This document shows, piece by piece, positions 44,132-57,357 of a stretch of DNA of 64,000 bases. The stretch's first letter is position 1. The number at the start of each line of letters is the position of its first letter. This stretch comes from an uncultured Nitrososphaerales archaeon. Lineage in GTDB: Archaea; Thermoproteota; Nitrososphaeria; Nitrososphaerales; Nitrososphaeraceae. Both the position numbers and the translations under genes were made by a program. The stretch spans positions 32,001 through 96,000 of the forward strand of contig CAVPXM010000038.1 of assembly GCA_963709405.1 (NCBI GenBank). The letters are read 5' to 3'. The notes below the pieces were generated by a model. It made no database searches and was not told where the DNA came from. It saw only the letters and a program-made list of their open reading frames with translations.

Positions 44132-45058
44132 TTACGTATGCATTATTTGAATAATTTTTTCTGCAATAACTGTAGAGGCTAGTTTCTGTGCCTCCGAGGT
44201 TTGGGCACCAATATGGGGCGTACACACTACATTCGGCAATTCAAAGAGCATTTTATTGACAGGAGGTTCGATCTCAAATACATCTAAAGCTGCCCCAGCT
44301 ATCTTGTGCTCTTTTAAGGCTTCATACAATGCGTTTTCGTCAATAACACCACCTCTTGAAGTATTGATGATGTAAGCAGTTGGCTTCATTCGAGCTAGAC
44401 GATTTGCATCGAACATATGTCTAGTTTGTGATGTAATGGGCACGTGACAGGTTATAAAATCAGAACTTTCGATTAATGTGTCGAGATCAGTCTTAATAAG
44501 TCCTACTTCTTTGACAAAATCTTGATTAATTGGATAAGTATCGTACCCAATTAGATTCATTCTTAACGCCTTTGCGATGCGTGCGGTATTTCTGCCTATA
44601 CTTCCGACCCCTACGATTCCCAAGTATTTGCCATTGAGCTCTGTTCCCATTAGATTCTTTTTTATCCAATTTCCTTTTCTCAATTCTGCGTCTGCGAAGG
44701 TGATATTGCGGCTAAGACACATCATAAAACCTATGACTAGTTCGGACACAGCGCTGATAGCGGCTTCTGGAGCATTAATTACGCGTATATTCTTCCCTTC
44801 CGCGGCTACTACATCTATATTATCCAACCCGACTCCAACTCGAGCAATTATCTTTGCTGATGTTGCGAGATTGATGATATCCTTGGTTAATCTAGTTCTA
44901 CTCCTAACAATTATTATATCATAATCACCGATGGAGGAAACTAGCTTCTCCGTCGTAATTTCAGGTTGATATGTTACCGTTAATCCTGCCCTTTTCAAAC
45001 TATAAATACCTGTTTGGTCAATTGCGTCACAAACAAGAACACTTCCAGTAGCTTGCAT
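44132..45058 (-). CDS. serA: D-3-phosphoglycerate dehydrogenase / D-2-hydroxyacid dehydrogenase
   Basis: 'RVGVGLDNID', 'GVGSIG', 'INTSRGG', 'DVFEIEPP', 'TPHIGAQT'. Confidence 0.85.
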   Translation of the reverse strand: MQATGSVLVCDAIDQTGIYSLKRAGLTVTYQPEITTEKLVSSIGDYDIIIVRSRTRLTKDIINLATSAKIIARVGVGLDNIDVVAAEGKNIRVINAPEAAISAVSELVIGFMMCLSRNITFADAELRKGNWIKKNLMGTELNGKYLGIVGVGSIGRNTARIAKALRMNLIGYDTYPINQDFVKEVGLIKTDLDTLIESSDFITCHVPITSQTRHMFDANRLARMKPTAYIINTSRGGVIDENALYEALKEHKIAGAALDVFEIEPPVNKMLFELPNVVCTPHIGAQTSEAQKLASTVIAEKIIQIMHT

Positions 45059-45393
45059 ACAAAATTTGAAATTGAGGTGCATATATAACTATTGTGTACT
45101 AGATTTAATAGCCACTGAGCTTGAATTCGATAGAGGCTTAACCGAACAGTCTTATCCACTAACGAGCAGGATCGGCACTTTCAACTAAGGTTGGATAGTG
45201 GACCTTGATATTTATTTTCTGAAACGAATGGCAGATTATTTAACAAAAATCAAGAATAGGTTAATGGTGGAGTGTGAATCCCAGCATATAGTAGCTTGTC
45301 AATTCTGTACATCATCATTCATGGTTCACCATGTATAGAATTTTCCGCAGGTCTACCTAGTTGTTTATAGCTATAATCTGTGCGAACTAATTT

Positions 45394-45681
45394 TTGGCTA
45401 TTGAATCTAGTTACCATAGTGAAGATAGTTATCAACGACAAACTAAGGTGATCTCTAGAAATCTTTCGGTAGACCAGCATAATAGATATAATATATTAGC
45501 AAAATTTCTTTACAAAAATGGTCTAGTTGAAAATCATACTCCGTGTTCTATTCTACGAAATCATGTTAAGGAGCTATTGAGACATCATCATAATGAACTA
45601 GATGACTATATCGATAACACAGATTGTCTAAGTAATGGTAATTATTTTCATATATCTGGGCCTCCATCTTCATTATTATAA
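45394..45681 (+). CDS. Hypothetical protein, possibly frameshifted at the 3' end
   Basis: 95 aa ORF; coding-like sequence continues to ~45860. Confidence 0.35.
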   Translation: MAIESSYHSEDSYQRQTKVISRNLSVDQHNRYNILAKFLYKNGLVENHTPCSILRNHVKELLRHHHNELDDYIDNTDCLSNGNYFHISGPPSSLL

Positions 45682-46248
45682 GAGCAGCAAAATAATCAAG
45701 TCAAAAAAGAAGAACAGGTACAACAACAATCTGAAGCTGAAATCGATGATGCGAAACAATTCGTAGACAATCTTATACTAGAAAGGATTATTTCTCGGTA
45801 CACTACAAAGAGGAATGATATCAACAATATATGTATGAAGAACGCCGACAAATGCATTTAAGAGCACATTCGTTACCATCAATACCGATATGATTGTACC
45901 AATTGGACAGATACTCCGTTCATAAGAGTAGATATGTAAGGCATATTTTCATATCATTAAGAGAATAAAAGATATCGCCCATTTGTCCAAAGCTAACTTG
46001 CTGAGAAATCGATAGTGATGTTAAGATTTATCTGTTAACTTGGCATATTATGTTCTCGCGATTCTATATCATAGCTTTACATGTTTTGATTTCTTTTGCG
46101 CATCTAAACAACATGATAATTTGTGCTAGGTACATTTCATATCATAGTTAATTTGAATATCCGTCCGTGCGTCAACTTTAGGTAACTTCTGAGTATCGAC
46201 TTGATAAATGGCCAGGATAGCAAGTTTTTATAGTAATAATTAACGATT

Positions 46249-46788
46249 ATGTCTATGCGCAGGCCAGATTGGGATGAATATTTTATGCTATATGCAGAGA
46301 TAGCAAAACTTCGTTCAAATTGCATTACTAGACATGTAGGTGCTGTAATTGTAAAAGAGAACAGACAGATTGCAACTGGCTATAACGGAACTCCCTCAGG
46401 CATTAAAAACTGTTTTGAAGGTGGATGTATAAGATGTAAAGAAAGAATTCAAGGAAAGATTAAATCGGGTGAACAATTAGACAGATGTTTATGTACCCAC
46501 GCAGAAGCCAATGCAATAATGCAGTGCGCATTATTTGGAAACGCAGGAAGTACTAGAAATGCTACTTTATATACTACTTATACACCATGCATAGAATGCA
46601 GCAAAATGGCTATAGGCGTAGGCATTACAAGAATAGTTGTACTTGGTAGCTATCCAGAAGATGTAACAAAATTGCTGAAAGAAACAAATATTCAACTGAT
46701 CCATCTAGATCGCAGTTATTTGAAGAGATGGATAACACTAATCGATCGAGACTCTGAGGTCTCCAGAGCTCTAACTAATCGAGTGTAA
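46249..46788 (+). CDS. dCMP deaminase family protein
   Basis: 'ATGYNG', 'HAEANA', 'PCIEC'. Confidence 0.92.
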   Translation: MSMRRPDWDEYFMLYAEIAKLRSNCITRHVGAVIVKENRQIATGYNGTPSGIKNCFEGGCIRCKERIQGKIKSGEQLDRCLCTHAEANAIMQCALFGNAGSTRNATLYTTYTPCIECSKMAIGVGITRIVVLGSYPEDVTKLLKETNIQLIHLDRSYLKRWITLIDRDSEVSRALTNRV

Positions 46789-46888
46789 TACCAAAATCAA
46801 TAGGAGGCAGTAAAGATATGATGCTATTACGATTGAAGATATTCAAGAATAAGATTTTATTAGACATCAATAGGCTCTAATTGGAGTA

Positions 46889-47047
46889 ATGAGTAGCAGT
46901 AAATTCAATATCTCACTGACTGAATCGGAGTGGCAAGTCGTACTAAACGCTTTGAGTAACACAATATTTAACGAAGAGCTAACTGATGAAGCGCGAAGAA
47001 GTGCGAAGGAATTGTTTCTTAAACTACAAAAGCATCTTGACATTTAA
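46889..47047 (+). CDS. Small hypothetical protein (52 aa), below the ORF track cutoff
   Basis: MSSSKFNISLTESEWQVVLNALSNTIFNEELTDEARRSAKELFLKLQKHLDI*; GGAG just upstream. Confidence 0.6.
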   Translation: MSSSKFNISLTESEWQVVLNALSNTIFNEELTDEARRSAKELFLKLQKHLDI

Positions 47048-47239
47048 ATCTACTAGAAGAAATTCGTAATTGACACGTAGTAAAGATTCGTGTAATGAGT
47101 TTATAGTGTTTAATTTAGGTTCAATTCAGAATACTGTGTTTATTGGTATACAATACAATTTTTGACTTATTTGCAATTTTATAAAATTGAGAATCCTCTT
47201 AAATATTATGCAATTCTTGCCCAAAAATCTGGGCCTACT

Positions 47240-48112
47240 TCATCCTTTATTTATTCCAGATCTAGCTTTGTGAATTGTGTCTAATATCACATCTACATCT
47301 TCTGCCTCAGGATCTAGTTCCAGATACAAGTTCAACATTTCCAGCGCCTGTTCTGGCCTTTGTTTCTTTAATAGTAAAATTCCCTTATCTCTTACTGCAT
47401 TTGGATTATATTTATCAAGGGCTAGTATCATTTCATTTGCAATTTCCGTATTACTCAGATCTTGAGACTCGTAATAACAAGTCTTTAGATTATTTAGAAT
47501 CCGTACCATAACTTGAGTCGCTGTCGCATTTCGAACAAAATCCTTAGTAAGAGGAATATTCTGGTTGGGATAAAATTGATCCAAAAGTTGCTTCAACGTA
47601 TAATCATCCATTATCCTTCCCTCATTATATGGATCTATAATTATTTCGCCATTATCACCTTCCAAAATGTGTTTAACTAAAAAATGTGCTGGAAAGCTAA
47701 CTGGATATAGTTTAAAATCCAGAGAGTAAGCAATACGCATATACAATATCGATAATGTAATTGGGATCCCCAGTCTCCGTTCTAAAACAACATTGAGAAA
47801 ATTATTTGATGGATTGAAATAGTCATGTACGTTCCCTCTGAACCCCAAAATTTTGAATAGGTAATTATTGATCTCTTCAATTATCTGTGTTGGTCTAAGA
47901 GGCATACGGTTTTTTAGAGATATTTGAAGTTCTTTTCCTATAGAATCTAAACTATCTAATACATTGTTTACTTGCAACTTTGGATACGCCAAGATTCTTG
48001 ATAAATGAAGTGCGTATAACGCCAAGTTAGCGGTACTGTCAGAGGCCGAAATTGAATTGACTACGCTAATGGTCCAGTCTTCAATAATATCACGTAGATC
48101 ATGAATCGGCAA
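47240..48112 (-). CDS. SirB1-like transglutaminase-fold + TPR protein
   Basis: 'GFRGN..DYFNPSNNFLNVVLERRLGIPITLSILY', 'FPAHFL', 'IDPYN', C-terminal TPR. Confidence 0.9.
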   Translation of the reverse strand: MPIHDLRDIIEDWTISVVNSISASDSTANLALYALHLSRILAYPKLQVNNVLDSLDSIGKELQISLKNRMPLRPTQIIEEINNYLFKILGFRGNVHDYFNPSNNFLNVVLERRLGIPITLSILYMRIAYSLDFKLYPVSFPAHFLVKHILEGDNGEIIIDPYNEGRIMDDYTLKQLLDQFYPNQNIPLTKDFVRNATATQVMVRILNNLKTCYYESQDLSNTEIANEMILALDKYNPNAVRDKGILLLKKQRPEQALEMLNLYLELDPEAEDVDVILDTIHKARSGINKG

Positions 48113-48422
48113 TGTGTTTATTGACGAGTTTACCTACTTATAATTTTCACGTGGTTACTTTCCCCGTTCAACGAATCATCATGCTATAATGTTTTCAATA
48201 ACATAAAACAAAATTTAATGTAATGCTCTTCATATCTTATATATTGACTTAAGTATCACTAATTTTACTAGGACTGAAAATTTTGTAGGCCCATAATATT
48301 GGTTTGTAAATTTCCATGGTAACCGTATAGTACCGGCTTATTAGTATCAGCCAAAACCAAATGAAATAGATTCATCAATAGCAAAGTCACATACGATAAA
48401 ATCATGTGGTGATAGATATAAG

Positions 48423-49692
<1,270 letters not shown>

Positions 49693-50389
49693 TAGATTTT
49701 AGTTAATCTATTATTTTATATGCAGTGAGAAAGAGAAATACAGTACTGTCTTCCTTCATCTGGACAACGGGCAAATTGCCTGATTAATTATCTAAACAAT
49801 TTAAAGAGATTATTATGATGACTAAGGCTGACATGATCTTCGATTTGTGGAGATTTTCAAGAATTTAAATATAGTAACTAAGATTTTGATTTAATTATTC
49901 TAATCCAGAAATAACAAAACCCGTTTTCGAAATGCCTTATTGTCTTAACCTAATCGGTGCTTTTCTATTCCCACACACGGACTGTGTTTTGTATATCTTC
50001 GAAGGTTATCAGCCTCAAATTAATTGCAAGGAATGAAATTTTGGTATCCATTCCTCTAAAAGAGCATCTTAACCGCTTTCATATACCCATTCATATTCTT
50101 GCACATTCGGTCCTTGGGTTGTTTATCCAATCTCTTGACCGCCTTTATGCAGGTATTTGCGTTTTGTCTTCATTCGTATTCTTATATTCTATATACTAAA
50201 CGATTCTTATATCAGATCTACGTTAATGTGTCATACTCATTATCTTTGGCTATTTTGTATGATATTCATTGCGGTATGTTGGCTATCGAGGTTGCTATTG
50301 AAAGGAGTCCATTTTAACTATGCTTAATTAATATTTCTTATTGCATAGGATCATCGTACTGAAATAATTTTATCTTATCCTCATATCGA

Positions 50390-51979
50390 TCATAATTTTG
50401 ATATCGCATTTATGTCAAAGTCAAGAATTTTGGTACACAGAGCTCTGATCTTTGAATCCTTAAGTACTTCCTTAATAAACTCATCCGCTACTATTATGAC
50501 TTCGTTGAAATTATTCTTGCTCAAAAATTTTTCTAGCGACACCTTAAATGTCGGATAATCCTCAATTTGCGGTTTTACGGGATGGTTCTTGACATATAAA
50601 ATGTGGGCGGCTGGAAATATATCAGAAATTTCTGCTGGAATTACTCCCAGAAAGCGATTGTATGTACAAACCTGTGCATCTGGTAATCTCTTCGCTATTC
50701 GAAAATATTGCAGGGTAGTGTAAAATGGATGAATATCTGATTCTGGATACAGTACCAATTTTTGTTTGGTATTCACTGATTTAAAATCTGTCACCATTCT
50801 TCTAAACCGCTCTGCTTCTGGTCTGTACTGATCTAGTGGTTCGTACATGAACATGGCCTTTTTCTTAAATTTAGGAGTACCGTCTTTTATAAGAGGTAAA
50901 TCTTTTAATATATATAGTGCCTCCATTAGCTTCGGATGAGCGTGGGCTTTATCTATTACATATTCCCACAGTCTGCCATCAATAATTGCTTGTTTTACTG
51001 CTGAAACCTCAGTTTTGATAACATGGAGATTATGCATTCCTAATTCTATTGTTCTTTGCTCCTTACTCATTTGTAATAGCTCCTTAGTTTTGAAGCTACT
51101 GCACACTGAACATGAACAAGGAAAATAAGAAAGATCCCGTAACCTATGGGTCCCATTTGCGTGCATATAGCGATCCTCCTTAGCGTATAGAATATAGGAT
51201 GCAGAGTCAAACGTATCGCATCCTAATGCAACAATTAGCGGAATAGTAATAGGATGCCCAGCACCAAACAGATGAAATGGTTTAGCAGGTACCGAGCTTT
51301 TGGCAGATACTATCATTTCAGCTAATACTGAAAATTCATACCTCTCCATTACCTCTACTGGACTTCCAATCGCCATGATTTCAAAGCCCATTTTATCTAA
51401 CGATTCTGCAGAATATTTCACCAAATCAGAATGTTCTGCCCCTTGAACAGGTCCGACCCAGACTGGTTCTGTTGTACAATTTCGTTCTTGACTTTTGTTA
51501 TTATATATGATTGAAGGTCCAGCCCTTACTAGTTCAAGGGTTTCTCTTGCATTCTTGAGCGTGTCCTCTACGAAACGTCGAGCCTTTGAATGACTTAGTC
51601 CAAAACCAGTGGGTTTATCTAATGGTACAGGTATATCGCTTTTGATTTCAATTTCAAATTGCGCAATTGTCTTAGGATCTACATTGATCTGACCGTATTC
51701 TAGTACTTGATATCCACCTGAATCAGTCATTACAATACAATCGCTGTCTATGATTTTGTGGATCCCTTTTTTTCTGGCCTCATCTCCAAAATGCCTCAAC
51801 GCAAAATATGCATTTGTTATTACTGCATCGAAACCCATTTTTCTTAGAGTTCGTGGACTGATGCTTTGCCTTACTGGATGTACCACTGGGATGAATGCTG
51901 GCGTTTCTAAAATACCGTGAGGTGTGTCAAGTTTTCCAATGCGTCCCGCTAGGTCAGAATATCTGACCTCAAATGACAA
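50390..51979 (-). CDS. tgtA: tRNA-guanine(15) transglycosylase
   Basis: 'ETPAFIPV', 'TDSGGYQ', 'HLFGAGHP', 'DTFDSASY', 'PCSCSVC'. Confidence 0.95.
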   Translation of the reverse strand: MSFEVRYSDLAGRIGKLDTPHGILETPAFIPVVHPVRQSISPRTLRKMGFDAVITNAYFALRHFGDEARKKGIHKIIDSDCIVMTDSGGYQVLEYGQINVDPKTIAQFEIEIKSDIPVPLDKPTGFGLSHSKARRFVEDTLKNARETLELVRAGPSIIYNNKSQERNCTTEPVWVGPVQGAEHSDLVKYSAESLDKMGFEIMAIGSPVEVMERYEFSVLAEMIVSAKSSVPAKPFHLFGAGHPITIPLIVALGCDTFDSASYILYAKEDRYMHANGTHRLRDLSYFPCSCSVCSSFKTKELLQMSKEQRTIELGMHNLHVIKTEVSAVKQAIIDGRLWEYVIDKAHAHPKLMEALYILKDLPLIKDGTPKFKKKAMFMYEPLDQYRPEAERFRRMVTDFKSVNTKQKLVLYPESDIHPFYTTLQYFRIAKRLPDAQVCTYNRFLGVIPAEISDIFPAAHILYVKNHPVKPQIEDYPTFKVSLEKFLSKNNFNEVIIVADEFIKEVLKDSKIRALCTKILDFDINAISKL

Positions 51980-51981
51980 AT

Positions 51982-52395
51982 TTATTTTTTGGTCTCCCTT
52001 ACAAATTCATCGTATATGGCCCTTACTCTGTCTGCGGCTAAACCAGAGCCCTCTTGGATTCCAGTTTCTGTAACTTTGATCTTTTCCATTACAATAATCG
52101 CACCTACATCCTCTCTGATTTTTACTAGACCAGGAAACACCCTTGATAATCTATCCGATAGAGCTTTATAATCAAAAGGCTTTTCCATCAATTTTATTTC
52201 TTTAACAAATGACCCATTAACTATCATTTTGAGTATACCTTGACCCTCGACATTATCAAGAACTACGTCAAGTTTTTCATCTATGCCCGTTAAAGTTCCA
52301 TTATAAATTTTCTGATCTGAGGTTTCGATAGACACTTTCTTACCCAGAAATTGAATCGTTTCCTCCCCAAACTTGCGTAAAAATACTGCCGACAT
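51982..52395 (-). CDS. Lsm family RNA-binding protein (extended Sm-like)
   Basis: Sm fold 'GKKVSIET....YNGTLTGIDEKLDVVLDN' with C-terminal extension; adjacent to tgtA. Confidence 0.85.
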   Translation of the reverse strand: MSAVFLRKFGEETIQFLGKKVSIETSDQKIYNGTLTGIDEKLDVVLDNVEGQGILKMIVNGSFVKEIKLMEKPFDYKALSDRLSRVFPGLVKIREDVGAIIVMEKIKVTETGIQEGSGLAADRVRAIYDEFVRETKK

Positions 52396-52552
52396 AATGA
52401 TTCCATGGTGGTAATGTCTTTCTGTAATATATTTGAATTTCATCATATACATTGGTCGATTTGATTTGGCTAGCGCATACCAATGCGCTAACATTTTCTC
52501 GCAAGGATAGTGCGGCTAAATCTACCAAGAAATCAGTGTTCAATTACTCAAT

Positions 52553-53153
52553 TCACAATTGCAAAAACTTAGCCATATCGCCCTTTTTACGTATTAGTGA
52601 TATCCAATCTGTTATTCCTATATTTCGCTTACGATTTTTCCGAAGTGTGGATATGATTATGTCTGCAACTTTCTGAAGCGATTTTTCACTTGTGTCAATT
52701 TCTGTAGTCTTCGCTACTCCGAAAACCTTCAAAGTATCAGAAAGACAAATGTCGAGAATCTCACTAACGACATTATCATTGATCTTCTTAGTTGTGTACC
52801 CTCTCTCCGCTAACGTGCTTGATAAGTGATACGGAGATCGTCTGAGAACTGCAACAAGACTTACTTTTCTAGGATTCACCACATATGGAGCTAGATGGCC
52901 AATGATTATGCATCTATCTTTTGATTCCGATTCATCTTCAATGAATCTAGTCAATTTCTTGATATTGACCTCATCTGTCGTTTCACCCTTGACATTTTTT
53001 AAGAAAGCACCATGTCCAAATGCAACCTTATTAATATCAATGATTTCAGATCCCCTTAGTTTTTTAGCAACAAGCAGTGCAGCAGAATGCTTTCCGACGC
53101 CAGGTGTTCCAGTGATGACCAGCCTATATCGTTTACAGATTTTTACTCCCCAT
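52553..53153 (-). CDS. Adenylate kinase, AK6/hCINAP type; apparent frameshift just after the ATG
   Basis: 'LVITGTPGVGKHS', 'IIGHL', 'LAERGY..KKINDN..SEILD', 'EIDTS' in one frame; ATG 53153 is out of frame. Confidence 0.85.
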
Positions 53154-53706
53154 CCGAACTATAGAAATTTAGTTCCTACAGTTATTTGTTATTTGTCATA
53201 TAGTGTAAATGATACATTTTTTGGTGCTATCTATTTGGATTATAATTACGCAATTGTTACATAATTATTATATAATTTGTCGCTTGGTATCTGAAGGAGC
53301 TGCTGAATAAAAATAACCCAATAAATTTCATGATTTTGAATTCTGGTTGAGTAGTTGTATATCTATAATCAGTTGTCACAATAGTCGAGGCTTCCATTTC
53401 TAATGCAATGCAAAGGATATATCACTTACACTCGATTAGATTACATAGAAATTGCGCTCAATGTACATAAGGTCAGCTAATTATGAAAGCACTTCAGGTA
53501 GGTATGCAAATCCAGACGTATCCAGAAACACTGATGTAGCTACACTTTCGTTTTCATGGATAAAAAATACGCAAGACTACTGTATTTATCCCGATCGCAA
53601 TTTGCGATGAGACTCCAGAATAAGATGCGGAAGAAATGGCGAGAGTAAATGTTACCGTGCTCAATCTTGATAACCAAGTGAAGGCAATTTATCCAATAGA
53701 ATTTCG

Positions 53707-54389
53707 GGCTCTGTAAAGTTAAGGAAAAATCTATAGCTTTATGACTCCGATATAGGTTATGATGTGTCAAATAAGAAAGAGAACAGAACCTGAGGATATA
53801 GCATATTCTCTGTATCTGTATTTCCTTGGTCTTTCATTAAGAAATACTTCCAAAGCTGTGTCTAGATTTGTTAAAAGAAGTCATACTGCAATCAGAGACT
53901 GGATTCAAAAATATAAACCAGAGATGTTAAGTTCCAGAAAGATAGATACGTATTACTGAATTTATAATTGATGAAACTATCATTAAAGTTGGTTCCGAAT
54001 ATATCTGGTTATGGATAGCCATTGAAAACGATAACCGAGAAATCCTTCAAATAAGCATATCAAAGAAAGAGAGAAACATGTTTGTTGCAGAACGTTTTAT
54101 ATTAAACCTTGTAAAAAGATATGGAGAACATCCTGTTTTCGACAGATGGAGGTACATGGTATCAAGCACAGGCTTGTAGATTCTTGAGACTGCACCATCA
54201 CATCCATTCTCCATATGAGAAAAGTATCATAGAAAGGACGGTACAATACATCAAAGATAGAACGGAATAGTTTCGGTAATTATTTTCATTGTAGAATAAA
54301 GTAAGTGTAAATTGCAACACATACAAAAATGGTTGGATCTATTTGTTAGTCATCATAACAATAATTTGTTATCTTAACTTTACAGAGCC
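53707..54389 (+). mobile_element. IS6-family element with frameshifted transposase
   Basis: Perfect 17-bp TIR GGCTCTGTAAAGTTAAG; 8-bp TSD GAATTTCG (53699-53706, 54390-54397). Confidence 0.93.
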
Positions 54390-54482
54390 GAATTTCGTAA
54401 TATAACGTCTAATAACGAAGATGCTTTAAATAACAAAAAAGATGATTGTGAAGCTTTTATGTTGTATAGTTATTTTGTCTAC

Positions 54483-54776
54483 TTAGCCTTCTTCCCAACC
54501 TTTATCGAATACACCATTCTTATGTAGAGGCACCGGTTGTCCTGCGGTATATTCCATTGGTCTCATCCAGAATATTGCGTGTGTTGGGCATACGCCGATA
54601 CATGCTCCATCAGATATACATCTTTCTGGGTAAAAGATGAACGCTTTACCTCTCTTCCATCCTTCGACAGGTTTTACTCTAAGAACATCGGGACCAAGAG
54701 CGGTGCAAATCTCCACACAGAGAGCACAGCCTATACATCTTTGTTCATCAACGTCTGGAATTATAGCAATTGGCAT
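54483..54776 (-). CDS. 4Fe-4S dicluster ferredoxin
   Basis: 'CIGCALCVEIC' and 'CISDGACIGVCP'. Confidence 0.92.
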   Translation of the reverse strand: MPIAIIPDVDEQRCIGCALCVEICTALGPDVLRVKPVEGWKRGKAFIFYPERCISDGACIGVCPTHAIFWMRPMEYTAGQPVPLHKNGVFDKGWEEG

Positions 54777-54938
54777 TTTTAATTCACTAAATCTGCATAC
54801 GTTCGAAACTATTTAAACCCTATGCCACTTGCAAAACAGCGTTATAATAGACAATCTTTAAAATTTTTGCAGCAAAATATTCGTTGGATCAATTATTAGA
54901 AGATCAATTTGCAACTAAAAAGAATAGAAAGTGATCAT

Positions 54939-55160
54939 TTACTTCTTAGTCATTCTCAGGACATCCACCTGTCCACTGTGCAACCAATCCTTTAACTCTT
55001 CATGACTAGGCTTCGCATCATGTTTCCCTGCTAAATGGAGATGTAGAAGAACATAGTTAACTTGATTAAGCAACGGTTTGTTCTGTTCATCGCCTTTTCG
55101 ACTTTTAGTTCTGAGATCGTCAGGAACGGTAGCCCACCAATCTTCGAATTTTCGAACCAT
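54939..55160 (-). CDS. Conserved hypothetical protein
   Basis: Intact 73 aa ORF upstream of the ferredoxin. Confidence 0.75.
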   Translation of the reverse strand: MVRKFEDWWATVPDDLRTKSRKGDEQNKPLLNQVNYVLLHLHLAGKHDAKPSHEELKDWLHSGQVDVLRMTKK

Positions 55161-55318
55161 ATCTCAAATTTATGGCCGAAGTTAATAAGCCTTTTGGGTT
55201 TTCGCCAGATCGTCCTAACGGAGCAACGTAACAAGAAATCGTGCTTCAAGTTCTACCTTGTGTTCGAACTCCAGTAACACAATAGGACTAAATGCAGGTC
55301 TTTGGAAAAAGATTATAA

Positions 55319-56164
55319 ATGCCATTTAGTCTTGATGAGTTACTCGCAGCTTATTCTGCTTATCGACGTTTTATAGCTTGCAAACCAAACCCACGTCATA
55401 TACGATACATATTTCCACTTTTTGAGGGGACTTACTTCACATATCGAAAAATCGATGTACTGCGACTGACCAATATCGCAAAATCAATATCAGCAAGGCC
55501 AAGTTTTATCGACATCGGTTGCGGGTACGGAGATTTCTTGATGAAAATGAGGGAGCAAATCTCAAACGCGATTGGTGTAGAAAAGGAGTATAGCTTGTTT
55601 CATCTTCTTAGAAAACCGAAACCAGATTATATATATTTAGACTCTATTGAAGGGTTTGCTAAGAAACCGAGGGATATCGCCTTCGTAGGATGGATGGAAC
55701 CAGGGATAGATTTTCGTAAATTTGTTGCAAGTCTAGCAAAGTGCATCGTCACAACATTTGATGAAGGGGGTCAGTGTGGAATAAACGGAGGTTGTGAATA
55801 CGAGGAGTTTGGATTTAAAAGGATAGCCCATTGGAGAACACCCTCTTGGATAGATGTAAATACAGAATTAATGAATAAATACTACACTACATCGCTATTA
55901 TCTCGAGAGAATATAAGACACCAATTGGAATCGCTACGTTCGTCTCACAATCTTTGGCATGTTTATTCTAAGACAGAAATATCTGATGACGTCCGAAATG
56001 CTCTCCATGATTGGCTACGAAATGAAGAGTTTATTATGGAAAGATACGATTTTGAATCAATTCTTGATGAATGTGGCTATCATTTTAAGGAGAAACTCCC
56101 GACATCGATATCGAAAGACCCATTGTGGGAAGTCATCTTCGACGAGGATCATACGTACAGTTAG
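55319..56164 (+). CDS. Class I SAM-dependent methyltransferase
   Basis: 'FIDIGCGYG', 'IGVE'. Confidence 0.75.
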   Translation: MPFSLDELLAAYSAYRRFIACKPNPRHIRYIFPLFEGTYFTYRKIDVLRLTNIAKSISARPSFIDIGCGYGDFLMKMREQISNAIGVEKEYSLFHLLRKPKPDYIYLDSIEGFAKKPRDIAFVGWMEPGIDFRKFVASLAKCIVTTFDEGGQCGINGGCEYEEFGFKRIAHWRTPSWIDVNTELMNKYYTTSLLSRENIRHQLESLRSSHNLWHVYSKTEISDDVRNALHDWLRNEEFIMERYDFESILDECGYHFKEKLPTSISKDPLWEVIFDEDHTYS

Positions 56165-57357
56165 AACTTATCTTAAACAATTTGGAAAAAGAACTTCAAA
56201 GATGACAACGTGTTAGATATTGAGTTTGCAGGAGGGCATTGACAATATTCTTGTAATCATATGGTCTCTATCAATGGATTGATATTGCCTGGAAAGCAAA
56301 TATCCAATTATTCTGATAATGGCTATGAATGGAAAAAGGGATTCTAGCAATAAAGCAGATTTATAAGCGGCTTTCAATGTTGCGTCGAAAGATCGTCTTT
56401 TGAGAGATAATATTTGAACACAGATAAGTTGATTTTTGTGGCATATGGCTAATTAAGCTCGGTTGCTAGTTATTGCAGTACGTTTCGATGTTATCAGAAA
56501 TCTGTAATCAAAGATTGCTTAGCTATTTTCTTCCTAATGAAGATAGTGACTTTACTGAGCAAAACTAATGATTCTATTATGGATTTCTACAAGTAGACAG
56601 TATAGATTTCGATAGGTAAACAACCATGAGTATGAAATCTGTCCTCACAGATTTATATTAATTACGTATTAGATAATTCATCTTCTTTGCAAAAATGAAT
56701 TAGCACAACTTTTAAAAAGTTTGGATCATTGAAGATATTCTGTGGTACCCAAAACAATTTGCTTCAGTAGGAACTAAATATTTCGGTCCTTCAGATCTGA
56801 TATGCTCTGATGAAACCCTCAACTCATTCACTGAAGCGGTTTTCTATTGTGTATATTCGTTATTAAGAATAACTTTATTGTCAAGCTGAATACTCAACAA
56901 TCACATGAATATTTGCACATACTACCTTATAGGTATTGGTAACGTCAGTGTGTTAGACATCCAACGTTAAATAATTAGGCAGAACATTTGTATGAGTAGG
57001 AACAAAATACGTGGACTGGGCTTCAGTAAATTACCTAAATCATAATAGTATCCTTATTGAATGTACTTTGGTAGCGTTTCATCATACGAGTTAATTATTA
57101 TGCCGGCAGACCCATTACAAAATTGAATATATTATTCAATACATTTGATTAGACTAAACAATATATACCTAGATCTAAAAAGACTCTAAATTGCATGTTA
57201 CCACGGTGAATATTCTACTGGGCGTTCAGAGCTGTAAACTCAGATCATCAGAACGATAAGTCCATCAATCAATACTTCAGCGAAGTGCATAGCAATTTCA
57301 GAACTGACATGCATTTACTTCCGCGAAAAGATAGAGTGTAACTGAACAGACCAATAA

